Origin: a virus | Length of the DNA: 64,000 nt | Virus record (IMG/VR): IMGVR_UViG_3300009702_000016 | Coordinates: 32,001-96,000 of that record | Direction: 5' to 3' (one strand) | Part shown: piece by piece, positions 1 through 8,647 of the stretch | How positions within the stretch are numbered: the stretch's first letter is position 1 | Layout: each line of letters opens with the position of its first letter | Program-made: the position numbers and the translations under genes | The notes under the pieces: generated by a model | The model's input: the letters and a program-made list of their open reading frames with translations, nothing else | Told to the model about the DNA's origin: nothing | Database searches by the model: none

Positions 1-503
1 TCCCGAGCGGACGAGGAGTCTACGTTATAGACATCCTTGACGGACTTCTCGATGTCAGCCACGAGGCGAAGTTCTGGCTCCCCTACGGTAATCAGAAGTC
101 CCTGAGAGTTGTGATGCGCCTCCTCCTTAGCTATCGTCTGTCGGAGTTTACGGATGGGGGCAGACAAGGCACCAATGTTGGGAGGGTTGACTTCATCTGG
201 CACCGTAATGGGAGAACGTCGAGCCATATCCATAGCGGATTTGGTCTTTGGGAACTTGTATCCTTTTCTCTCCGCACTGGTTAGTAAATCAGAGATCAAA
301 GTGAAGGGGTCTTTTGTCCCTACGGAGGATGCCTTGCCTAGCATTCCCTGGTAGTACAAGGTTAGAAAGATGCGAAGCAAAGGGGAGTCTAGAATATCCA
401 TTCGGACCAGGATTTCTGCTCCATTTTCATCTTCGGCAAGAACCAGGTGAGCAAGACGCTTAAGCCTTATTGCGTTCCGCTCTAGTAGAAGTTTCGAGTT
501 CAT
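1..503 (-). CDS. Hypothetical head-cluster protein (partial, runs off the left edge)
   Basis: Not in the ORF track. ATG at 503-501 overlaps the TGA of the upstream gene. Open frame MNSKLLLERNAIRLKRLAHLVLAEDENG... continues to the window edge. Confidence 0.75.
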   Translation of the reverse strand, partial: MNSKLLLERNAIRLKRLAHLVLAEDENGAEILVRMDILDSPLLRIFLTLYYQGMLGKASSVGTKDPFTLISDLLTSAERKGYKFPKTKSAMDMARRSPITVPDEVNPPNIGALSAPIRKLRQTIAKEEAHHNSQGLLITVGEPELRLVADIEKSVKDVYNVDSSSAR

Positions 504-1339
504 CAGATCTCACCGTGAGTCTTGGGCTTAATAGAGGACCATTCGCCTAACGAGTACCCGTCCTTTGTAAGTTGATCGAATAGTGCCTTGAGCTTTCTAG
601 ACGCAGGACGTGACATGGAGTACCCATCTGCACAAAGTCCATTGGAAAGTTCACGTATGGATCTCTTCAGCACGTTATTTGCGTGCATGGAGTAGGAACT
701 TGTAGGGATTTCCTCGATGTAAGGAGACTGCTCTGACCTATTGCACTCCCCAAGCCAGAACTTGACAGCAAGGGACCACTGGTCCTCTAAACTTCGGGGA
801 CTTAGGATGATCTTTCTCTTGTCCTTGTTGCGTAGAACTTTGTTCCAGCACTTTTTGCCCTCCTTTGATGCCCCAGCAGGAGGCTTGTTGAGCTTAGGTC
901 GCTCTCCCTTTGCTGCCTCAACAAGCTTTCCCTTTACGTCTGGACTCATAGCCAAGGCTTCTTTGATGACTCCTACTACATCTTCTGTCGAAGAGGCTTG
1001 TAGGTTCATAGGCATAAGTGGCCGACTAAGAAACCCTTTCTCCTTCAGCCACGACGTAGCGTCCTCTAGATCATCCGGCTTCCAAACCTTAGCAATCGCC
1101 TCCTGCAGATGGCCAAGTCCGACTTTGTTTTGGATATACATCTTGGCCATGTTTCGGATGGCGTTGTCATCCTGTGTTCCCAGCAAGCGTAGTCTATCGA
1201 GAAACTGGTTGTAGTAGTCTATCGGTAGCACCTTAAATAGCTTAAGCCAGGCGGAATCCTCCTCTAGGATAGCCCAAAGGAGATCCTTGGGGGCATACAA
1301 TATAGCCCTCTTTTGCTCATCTAGAGGAAGGGTTTTCAT
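503..1339 (-). CDS. Hypothetical protein, head cluster (278 aa)
   Basis: Overlapping start/stop junctions with both neighbours; no recognisable family motif. Confidence 0.75.
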   Translation of the reverse strand: MKTLPLDEQKRAILYAPKDLLWAILEEDSAWLKLFKVLPIDYYNQFLDRLRLLGTQDDNAIRNMAKMYIQNKVGLGHLQEAIAKVWKPDDLEDATSWLKEKGFLSRPLMPMNLQASSTEDVVGVIKEALAMSPDVKGKLVEAAKGERPKLNKPPAGASKEGKKCWNKVLRNKDKRKIILSPRSLEDQWSLAVKFWLGECNRSEQSPYIEEIPTSSYSMHANNVLKRSIRELSNGLCADGYSMSRPASRKLKALFDQLTKDGYSLGEWSSIKPKTHGEI

Positions 1340-1869
1340 CGACTTAGTTTCCAGTACATTTCAAGGTCAGACTCATGCTCCCTCAAATAACTAGACATCT
1401 TTTCTAGTCTCTTGGGTGAGGTGTGGCAGAGTGCTCTTTTCATAGCAGAAAGAAGAAGAGTGGTCATCTCGTATGGATCGTTAAATCCTGCTTCTAGGAG
1501 ACGGTCACTTACATACTCCTCAGTAGAAAGTAAAGAGTTGGCCGCCTTTCCGTGCAAGCGCAACTTGCCAAAAGAAGCACTAACTTCTTGCCCTCCTCCC
1601 CCGCCTAGCTTCTTAGCCAAAAGATTCCCAACAAGTGATCCCAGTTCATGACCTAGGCGAGCCCAGACATCATCAGGAATCATCTTTATGGCCTTCATGA
1701 GCATCTCTGCGGCTCTACCTGCCGTCTTCATGTTAGGCACAAGCAGAGAGGCAGTGCGCTCTTTAGCCGTAGGAATTATTTCTTCCTCAAGATCCACCTG
1801 TAGAAGGTCCTGTATCTTAGCAGATAGAACGATAAGTTTAACTGCTGCCTTTTCTTCCTTACTAGTCAT
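1336..1869 (-). CDS. Hypothetical protein, head cluster (177 aa)
   Basis: Coupled (ATGA overlaps) in the operon; contains ERTAS and VSAS motifs. Confidence 0.75.
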   Translation of the reverse strand: MTSKEEKAAVKLIVLSAKIQDLLQVDLEEEIIPTAKERTASLLVPNMKTAGRAAEMLMKAIKMIPDDVWARLGHELGSLVGNLLAKKLGGGGGQEVSASFGKLRLHGKAANSLLSTEEYVSDRLLEAGFNDPYEMTTLLLSAMKRALCHTSPKRLEKMSSYLREHESDLEMYWKLSR

Positions 1870-3287
1870 ATTCTGTCCACCAGATCCTGCGCTTTTTGAA
1901 ATGTCTTAGCTTCGGGGTCCACGAGCCCTTCGGACTGCACAGACTTCGAATACGTTGCGATGTCACTGAAAGTACCAGGACTCCCAGGACCAAAGGCGTC
2001 TACATCCTCTGGCTCTTCTTTTTCTTCTTGCTCTGAAAAGTCCAGAAGCTTGGCGATCCTATTAGACGCCTCTAGTGCACCACGGCTTTCAGACTCCTTT
2101 CGAACATAAGAGAGTTTCTTCTTAGAGGTCGAGGGAAACTTCTGACTGGTCACCCTGTAGTAAATGTCGAATATACCTCTACCGAGGTTCTTTGTTTCGA
2201 TTACGGACAGAAGTCTCTCTGAATTTTGGGTAGCGAACGTGATCTCGTCGTTCTCTAGTCCCTCAAGCATGCCCTCCCTTCTTGTGTCCCGTATCCTTAC
2301 TTTCAGATGGTTATTCTTGTCTGACTTCACCTTGACGGGGATTGTAACATCTCCAATCTGGAGATGAGGAGAAACCGAGGCTGTCTTTCGGTGTCTGTGC
2401 AACTCTATCTTAACTGGAGGCTCTTCCGCGTTGAGAGTCACATGACCCACTGTCCAAATGACAGGAGTAATTGGAAGACCCTGTACTGGTGTCTTGACGT
2501 ACTCTAAAGTCACATGCGGGTTAAAGTTCTTGTGTATGAACTCCGTACTCGCAAGACCTGGGAGATGGTACTCAAGAAGGTCCAGGAGAGTGTCATGGAA
2601 GTCCATTAGACCCTGGCTTTCTGCGAGAGCCACCCACGGGTAGGTTCCGTCCTTTTGCTGATTAGGAAAGGTGAAAGACCTTTCTAGGCGTACGTCGAAG
2701 CTTCCGACTCTGCCTGCTGCTTTCTCGATCAGTCCTTCAACTTCCTTTCCTTCCTCTTTCGTAATCGAGGGGAAGTGGGCGACGGTGATATGCGGTTCGT
2801 ACTCTAGAGAGTCGGACAAGGGAAGAAAGCTTTGAATGTTCGTCGGGACTTCTACTCCAACGATTGCGCTAGGAGCCGAGGCGGCATACCGATCAATCCT
2901 CATCTCCTTAGTCTTCGATGGAACGATCATCATAAAGCTAAACTCTGCGTTCTTGTATCTGCTGAAGGATCCTCCGGTTTGGATCTCCGTGACCCCATCT
3001 ATGACCCCAGTAACCTCTTCTCCAACAACCTTGAAGGTGACACTGGACCCTACTTTAGCCCTCATGTAACGATACACATGCTCATTTCTGGCTTGTGCCG
3101 CTTCTTTCTCCTCCTTGAAGACAAAGGTAACTCGCAGTTTGTTCCTCTGGTACGCGGTCGAAACGAGCATTCCGATAAAGCTTTGCCCTCCAAAGCTCAT
3201 GTGCACACTTTGACCACGATACGACCCTAGTATTCTAGAAGCCGACTCCGCGTCATTAGCTGTATCAGCGGTGCGAAAGAGAAACAT
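1866..3287 (-). CDS. Multidomain protein with central 2H phosphoesterase (LigT / 2'-5' RNA ligase-like) domain
   Basis: Two HxT motifs with typical 2H context and ~90 aa spacing: YEPHITVAHF (H166) and FNPHVTLEYV (H258). Confidence 0.8.
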   Translation of the reverse strand: MFLFRTADTANDAESASRILGSYRGQSVHMSFGGQSFIGMLVSTAYQRNKLRVTFVFKEEKEAAQARNEHVYRYMRAKVGSSVTFKVVGEEVTGVIDGVTEIQTGGSFSRYKNAEFSFMMIVPSKTKEMRIDRYAASAPSAIVGVEVPTNIQSFLPLSDSLEYEPHITVAHFPSITKEEGKEVEGLIEKAAGRVGSFDVRLERSFTFPNQQKDGTYPWVALAESQGLMDFHDTLLDLLEYHLPGLASTEFIHKNFNPHVTLEYVKTPVQGLPITPVIWTVGHVTLNAEEPPVKIELHRHRKTASVSPHLQIGDVTIPVKVKSDKNNHLKVRIRDTRREGMLEGLENDEITFATQNSERLLSVIETKNLGRGIFDIYYRVTSQKFPSTSKKKLSYVRKESESRGALEASNRIAKLLDFSEQEEKEEPEDVDAFGPGSPGTFSDIATYSKSVQSEGLVDPEAKTFQKAQDLVDRI

Positions 3288-3288
3288 G

Positions 3289-3978
3289 CTACTTCTCGAT
3301 GCAACGGTGCACGATCCGATTTAGACCTGCACACCATCTCTTGCACATCCCCGCGTTTGGGGCGTAGAATGTACGGTTGTCAAACGTGTAGGCCCGAATA
3401 CCGTCAATACGATACTCGTCAAGAACCATTGTATTATCCTCGCTGCTCCTTTTTTGGGACTTCTCCATTCCGAAACCTTCCACCTTGGCCCAGGTTACGG
3501 GCTTGGGGAGGCTCATGTTCTTGCCTGACTTACGTGCAAGTTCCTTATTCTTTGGCTTTAGCATATAGGAATAACACTGCCTGCTGTTAAACATCGAGGA
3601 CAGGAACTCTGTCTTCTCCTTGGTGAGACCCTTAGGTGGCCTTGAGGAGATAAGCATGCACAAGGAGCCCAGACACATGACCATGTCCTTGTCTGTGGGC
3701 GAGTCCAGCTGGGCAGGGGCGGTGGAGCTTAGAGAAGGAGAAACATTTCCGCTTGGAGATGTCAGGTTGAACCGATATCCCTCTGCCGTGAGTGCGCTCT
3801 TCAGCCGCATAAGAAGACGGAAGGCTCTTGTGTTTTGATCGTAATCTGTACGCTCATCCATATGTGTCTGAATGTCGTCAAAGGCATTCTCCACGGCCTT
3901 GTTGTACTTTTTAGTCTTAGGCTTCTTCCTCTTTCCAGATAAGACCAGAAGTCTACTGGCTAGCTTATTCGCTGTCAT
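3289..3978 (-). CDS. Hypothetical basic protein
   Basis: ORF track 3289..3999. ATG at 3978 (MTANKLASRLLVLSG) is preferred and overlaps the end of the upstream gene. Confidence 0.7.
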   Translation of the reverse strand: MTANKLASRLLVLSGKRKKPKTKKYNKAVENAFDDIQTHMDERTDYDQNTRAFRLLMRLKSALTAEGYRFNLTSPSGNVSPSLSSTAPAQLDSPTDKDMVMCLGSLCMLISSRPPKGLTKEKTEFLSSMFNSRQCYSYMLKPKNKELARKSGKNMSLPKPVTWAKVEGFGMEKSQKRSSEDNTMVLDEYRIDGIRAYTFDNRTFYAPNAGMCKRWCAGLNRIVHRCIEK

Positions 3979-4330
3979 CTTCGCTACTCCCTGCAACAAT
4001 ATCCATGCGGAGGTTTGTTATTACTTGCTGCACCTCTGCACGACGTTCTTGGCTGCTGACGTCCGCTGTACGCACCGAGGAAAAGGCCTCTCCTACGGAG
4101 GGGCTGGACTCCATTGACGCGATAATCTCCTCATACATCCGATGAATGAGGGAAGAGTCATTCTCCTTCGAGGAGGCGTAGGCAATAAGCTCAGCGCCTA
4201 AAAGGGCAGCGGATGCCACAATAGCTCTAGGGGAAGTTCCCTCCGAGTCCTCCACTAGAGAGCGCAGGCGCTCTAGTTTGTCGAACTTTTGGTAGGCAAG
4301 AACTACCCTCTTCTGTAGGCCAGAATCCAT
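3965..4330 (-). CDS. Hypothetical protein (121 aa)
   Basis: GGAG RBS 7 nt before ATG; contains VRTAD motif. Confidence 0.75.
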   Translation of the reverse strand: MDSGLQKRVVLAYQKFDKLERLRSLVEDSEGTSPRAIVASAALLGAELIAYASSKENDSSLIHRMYEEIIASMESSPSVGEAFSSVRTADVSSQERRAEVQQVITNLRMDIVAGSSEDDSE

Positions 4331-4456
4331 TTTAGTGCTCCAGTATTACGCCATATTTGCTGTATCGTAGGGTACTGTTCCCAAAGAGCAGCAGCACAGT
4401 GAGAGGTTGCAGTGCAGACTTAGGTAACATGAAAAGGCACCTGGTAATACTTGTAA

Positions 4457-6085
4457 TCAAGGTTCAATATTTAGCATCCATTTGGCTTGTCCACAGTCCC
4501 AAACCTTGTGGCATCCCTTTTTGTACCCAGAGTTTCTCCTGAACCTCATTCTGTGATATGAGTTACCCTTTCCATCAGTCCACGCGAAACTCAAACTGGT
4601 GTTCTCTAGGGTCCACCCCAGGCTTGACAGATAGGTCCCGTCGCCATAACGAAGATCTACAAACGTCTGAACCTTTTTAGGCTTCTTGTCCCTTATCGCA
4701 TGCGCAAGTAACTTGCTGTATCCTCCTACGACTGAGAGGTGGGGCATAGAGCAGAACCGGCTGACATTCAATATCCCGTCTTTTATGGACTTGAACTTCA
4801 CCTGTAGAGAAGATACTGCCTCGTCCTCGTAGAAAAGAGAATACACAGTGCCTTGGCCCTTTCCCATTAGATGGTACTTTTCGAACATAACTGGGCTGTC
4901 CTGTGCTACTTTCGTTTTTCGCGCAAACACTCGGGTGTTTTTCCCCAGGAAGTTCAACAGGATGGATCGACACACTTCTGGTTTGTTGTTCAACTCATCT
5001 TCCCTAAAGAAGAAGGAGCGGTATCCTTGGGCAAGGTAAGCTGCCCGTTTCTTCTCATGGTACCTTTTGTCCTTTATTACGGCGTCAGAGTGCCAAAATA
5101 GTCCATCACATTCGACTACTAGCTTCTTGTCGTGGACAACGATATCCGGGATGTACGACGTACCTGCAAACTTACGATTTCTTGTGACCTCCAGGCCCTC
5201 TTCTTCGAGCCACCGAGCTACTCGGTTCTCCAAGGTCCAGGATGCAGGACTGTAATCCTCTAGGAGATTTATGGCCTCCTCTTCTGTCCTTCCCTTAAGA
5301 GCTACCAAAACTGTGGAGTAGGACGAACCGATTTTCTCCGCATACTCTCTCTGCGTCATCCCCTCTATCAAAGTCATCGTTCCATTTCGGACTCGTTTCT
5401 CAACTACCTCCGACTGGCTAGGAAAGAAAACCTTAATCGGATCCTCCTCCAGACTGGAAAACATCCAAGAGGAAGTGTGAGTAAAGGTTCGTCCGTTTCT
5501 GGTGTCCAGCACCTCCAGCATGATGTCCGACGACTTATCGCTCTTGTGCACACTGAGAAGAGTGAGATGAGGAGCGACAGCCTCCAGTCGTATCCCAAAC
5601 GCCTCCTGGCTGCTCGCTGGAGGCAGCCCTAGCCTTTGGGAGAGCCGTCCTCGGCTTACTCCCTGCTCCTTGGCTATCCTCGACAGGGAGACGCCCCGTG
5701 CCCACTGACGGATGAGATCCCTGTCCTCCTCAGACCTGCCCTCAAGTAGCTCCTCTAGCGTGCTTGCCTTGGGCTGCTTGACACTAGAGATCAAGTCCCC
5801 TGACAGCATAACGTGGTTCTCGCCCTTCTCTGTGTTCAGGAAATGCAGGTAGACTTGCTTGTTTCCTCCCTTCGTATGCCTGACTTCCTGGCGAGTGATA
5901 CGAAGATGAGGAGCTAGAAGGTTTAACTTGAACTGGAAGATCCCTGGGTCCCCTTTTGCTGGGATACCAAGTTCCTTCCTTACTCTCCGTGTTGGGATTC
6001 CCAACTCCCTACCAAGATTTGACAGGGTTTCTCCTTTTGCCCATGAGTATAGAAGAGACTTCTTTTTCTCTAAGGCTAACTTCAT
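4457..6085 (-). CDS. Hef-like homing endonuclease: repeated HTH modules + DUF559/Vsr-like nuclease + GNAT/Mom-like C-terminal domain
   Basis: YIPDIVVHDKKLVVECDGLFWHS nuclease motif and FREDEL. C-terminal SRFCS...VVGGYSKLL...TFVDLRYGDG...VWDCGQAKW is typical of phage Hef-like proteins. Duplicated N-terminal HTH modules. Confidence 0.75.
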   Translation of the reverse strand: MKLALEKKKSLLYSWAKGETLSNLGRELGIPTRRVRKELGIPAKGDPGIFQFKLNLLAPHLRITRQEVRHTKGGNKQVYLHFLNTEKGENHVMLSGDLISSVKQPKASTLEELLEGRSEEDRDLIRQWARGVSLSRIAKEQGVSRGRLSQRLGLPPASSQEAFGIRLEAVAPHLTLLSVHKSDKSSDIMLEVLDTRNGRTFTHTSSWMFSSLEEDPIKVFFPSQSEVVEKRVRNGTMTLIEGMTQREYAEKIGSSYSTVLVALKGRTEEEAINLLEDYSPASWTLENRVARWLEEEGLEVTRNRKFAGTSYIPDIVVHDKKLVVECDGLFWHSDAVIKDKRYHEKKRAAYLAQGYRSFFFREDELNNKPEVCRSILLNFLGKNTRVFARKTKVAQDSPVMFEKYHLMGKGQGTVYSLFYEDEAVSSLQVKFKSIKDGILNVSRFCSMPHLSVVGGYSKLLAHAIRDKKPKKVQTFVDLRYGDGTYLSSLGWTLENTSLSFAWTDGKGNSYHRMRFRRNSGYKKGCHKVWDCGQAKWMLNIEP

Positions 6086-6113
6086 TGTACCTTCTTGTTT
6101 ACAGCGTTAACGA

Positions 6114-6141
6114 GAAAAGGGCCGCCGAAGCGACCCTTTTC
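6114..6141 (-). terminator. Intrinsic terminator after the major capsid gene
   Basis: Minus strand GAAAAGGGTCGC-TTCG-GCGGCCCTTTTC: stem with cUUCGg tetraloop and U tract, ~30 nt after the MCP stop. Confidence 0.85.
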
Positions 6142-6173
6142 CATTTGTTAGCAGCTAGTTAGCTGCCGCGAGG

Positions 6174-7292
6174 TCAGACTCGGATTCCACGGTCGCACGC
6201 GCGCCCGTTAACAATCACCTGTCCCTGGATCTGCTCCATGAACCAGCCACGAGCAGGACGCCCGAGGTTGTACTGGTCGATGGCACGGGAGTCCAGTTCC
6301 TTACGCTGCGTGATGGTTCCCAGGGTTACTGGGGAAGCCGTCACGTAAACCTCACCAGGCTGAAGAACCTGCAAGGTCTCGTAGCGGAAGCCGTCCGTGA
6401 TGATCTCCATTCCAAGCATTGAACCAAGTCGTCCCTCAAGGATCAACTCGTGCTTGTGAACCTGATCCCACCAAGCCACGAAGTCCGCATCTGCGATGAT
6501 GTCATCCCAGATATCCCAAGCAATCACCATGGTGGCTGCGTTGGTTCCCCAGCGGTTGACCTGCGTACGCAGGGTAGTAAGCACTGAGGGGTTGAACGTG
6601 GTGAACAGAACGAGGTCGTTGAAGGTCGTTGCTGCGCGGTTAAGCAGGGCACGGGTAAGCACGTCCTCGCGACGAAGAATCGCCTCAAGTCCGTCCTGGA
6701 ACTTCTCATCGAGAATATCCGTGGGAGCCTGCTCGATCTCCTTATCCTCGATAAGGATGTTCGCAGCAAGGTAGAACTCAGCCGGGTAGACCCAGGTCTG
6801 ACGAATGCGCTGCTCGCGAATCTTGACGTCCGAGGTAACCTGGAACGCCAAGACATCCTTACGACGGACCTTCACTCGGCCTGTCTGTCCCTTGGAAAGG
6901 GGCGTAACAGCCAAGAGACGGCGGCTAAAGCCTTCACGACCCAGAGTTTCCCAGATTTCCTCGGAGATTACCTCTCCCAGAACCTGGAACTTGGAGCCGC
7001 TCTTGTCGTAGTATGCTTCACGAAGTGTTGCGAGACGCTGGTTTGCGTCAGCAACAGAAGCAGTCTTTACGTCAGTACGGGACTGTTGAAGTACGTTACC
7101 GATGACCTGCATCAGCTCTTGCGTCGAGCTAGCATTAAGCTCTCCGTTCGCGCCGTATGCGGGACCATTGGACATTCTCGTACCAGAAGCCGTCCGAACG
7201 CCGCCACGCACACCATCCTGAGAGGCTGCGGGAACGTCGGGGGCATTTCGCATCACCTTGATGCCGGGACCTGAAGCGTATGGGTTTGCCAT
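6174..7292 (-). CDS. Major capsid protein (HK97 fold, 372 aa)
   Basis: Size, position after protease/scaffold/decoration genes and followed by a strong terminator. HK97-like segments (GFSRRLL, LEGRLGSMLGMEIITDG, VLQPGEVYV, RGWFMEQ). Start placed at MANPY (7292); the 41 upstream codons in the track read as AT-rich leader. Confidence 0.85.
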   Translation of the reverse strand: MANPYASGPGIKVMRNAPDVPAASQDGVRGGVRTASGTRMSNGPAYGANGELNASSTQELMQVIGNVLQQSRTDVKTASVADANQRLATLREAYYDKSGSKFQVLGEVISEEIWETLGREGFSRRLLAVTPLSKGQTGRVKVRRKDVLAFQVTSDVKIREQRIRQTWVYPAEFYLAANILIEDKEIEQAPTDILDEKFQDGLEAILRREDVLTRALLNRAATTFNDLVLFTTFNPSVLTTLRTQVNRWGTNAATMVIAWDIWDDIIADADFVAWWDQVHKHELILEGRLGSMLGMEIITDGFRYETLQVLQPGEVYVTASPVTLGTITQRKELDSRAIDQYNLGRPARGWFMEQIQGQVIVNGRACDRGIRV

Positions 7293-7485
7293 TTCGTTTT
7301 CTCTTGTTAGAACAAAGTTGTAGTGGTTGTTAGACTGGTTTTTGTTTGGGAGAAAACTTGTGATTTCCTTAAAGTAAAACTTAGACTCGCTTCGATTGGG
7401 TCCTAATGAATACATCAGGGTAAGACTATAGGGTTAACATAATGTTGCTGAAGATTAGTGTCTTACTTCTCAGAAGAAGTAATAG

Positions 7486-7800
7486 TCAGGAGAATGCATT
7501 TTTTCCAAAGTATTGGATGTCCGCGAGGTTCATATTGGACGCGATGGCGTCCAAGAATGAAGAACCGATTGACCTGATTCCTGTAGGATTTAGCTGCTTT
7601 GGCGTGATAACAACGGGCTTTCCTACTTTGTAGTCAGACGTTAAGGGAGTGACTTCCACGCTGACTGCCGCATAGTCTGTGGTCACTAGAGTCAGGGCCA
7701 GTCCTGTTCCTTTCTTCCTGGATCCGTAGTAGTTCCTAGCCGCAAACTCATCTTGGTAGTGTCCTGCGTGGTATCTGTCGCTTTTGATTGTGATCGTCAT
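7486..7800 (-). CDS. Hypothetical protein (104 aa)
   Basis: AGGGAG RBS; has its own upstream TTATCT motif. Confidence 0.7.
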   Translation of the reverse strand: MTITIKSDRYHAGHYQDEFAARNYYGSRKKGTGLALTLVTTDYAAVSVEVTPLTSDYKVGKPVVITPKQLNPTGIRSIGSSFLDAIASNMNLADIQYFGKNAFS

Positions 7801-7823
7801 GGATTTTCTCCCTTGTATTTCTA

Positions 7824-7829
7824 AGATAA
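7824..7829 (-). promoter_or_regulatory. Candidate late promoter element TTATCT
   Basis: Sense TTATCT 23 nt before ATG 7800; the same hexamer recurs upstream of many virion genes. Confidence 0.45.
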
Positions 7830-7860
7830 CGAGGCAGGAAATAATACAGTAAGCCCAAAC

Positions 7861-7896
7861 GACAAGAGCCCCGAACTTTCGTTCGAGGCTCTTGTC
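7861..7896 (-). terminator. Stem-loop / terminator after the decoration gene
   Basis: Minus strand GACAAGAGCCTCGAAC-GAAA-GTTCGGGGCTCTTGTC: 16-bp stem (one G-U), GNRA loop, followed by GTTT. Confidence 0.75.
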
Positions 7897-7923
7897 TGAT
7901 GCGACTACGAGAGTCGCTTAGGG

Positions 7924-8628
7924 TCAGCTGGCGAGATGGTACTTGATACCAAGTCGTCCATCTGCCACACCGGGAACCTGTGAAACGAAGCCAAGCTTGG
8001 TTCCAACTGCTGCCGAGGTAGCAAGGCCGCCTGCACCGGACATGACGTCGTCACCCACTGCGTAAGCTTTGGAGGTGTCGTACATCGTGGTGAAGATCTC
8101 ACCTTCCTGGGCACCCACAGCAACCGAGGAGAACAAGTCCTGTGCCCGGTTGTTGATGGAACGCTCGTGCTCGGTCGCAAGGACCTCCTCAAGCGTGGGC
8201 GTGTAACGGTAGGTCACACGAACGGAGTGACCTGCATCAAGCGCATTGAAGGTCAGGATGCCCTGTGCTGCATTCAGGGTGTAGGTACCCGCACCTGCGA
8301 GAGGTGAGGACATGGCACCAGGAGCCGTGAGGTCGAACACAAGTTCGTCACCAGCAATCAGGTTCGTGTTGCGCAGAGAGACGTTTCCGCCCGCTGCAGG
8401 AATTACGAGTTCCTCCACGACTGTTGCGGTGGCGTACTTCATCGCGTCAGTGATTGCGAATCCCGCAACCACCTCAGATGCCGCACCGGCAGAAGGCTGT
8501 ACAGCAAGGGTGCCGTCACCGGCATCCGTGTATACAAGGACTTGACCCTCTTCAGTGATTGCTGCGCCTGCGGCGACAGCCCTCTCACGAAGGTCGTTGA
8601 AATAAGAACGCTTTAGATCATATGCCAT
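7924..8628 (-). CDS. Putative capsid decoration/cement protein
   Basis: Ala/Gly/Thr-rich beta protein between scaffold and MCP; TTMYDTSKAYAVGD...GFVSQVP resembles head decoration proteins; GGGAG RBS. Confidence 0.6.
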   Translation of the reverse strand: MAYDLKRSYFNDLRERAVAAGAAITEEGQVLVYTDAGDGTLAVQPSAGAASEVVAGFAITDAMKYATATVVEELVIPAAGGNVSLRNTNLIAGDELVFDLTAPGAMSSPLAGAGTYTLNAAQGILTFNALDAGHSVRVTYRYTPTLEEVLATEHERSINNRAQDLFSSVAVGAQEGEIFTTMYDTSKAYAVGDDVMSGAGGLATSAAVGTKLGFVSQVPGVADGRLGIKYHLAS

Positions 8629-8647
8629 TTTTTATCTCCCTCAGAGA

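Noticed and set aside
7293-7415. 41-aa N-terminal extension of the MCP given in the ORF track
   Set aside because: AT-rich, leader-like sequence; a better start context lies at ATG 7292.
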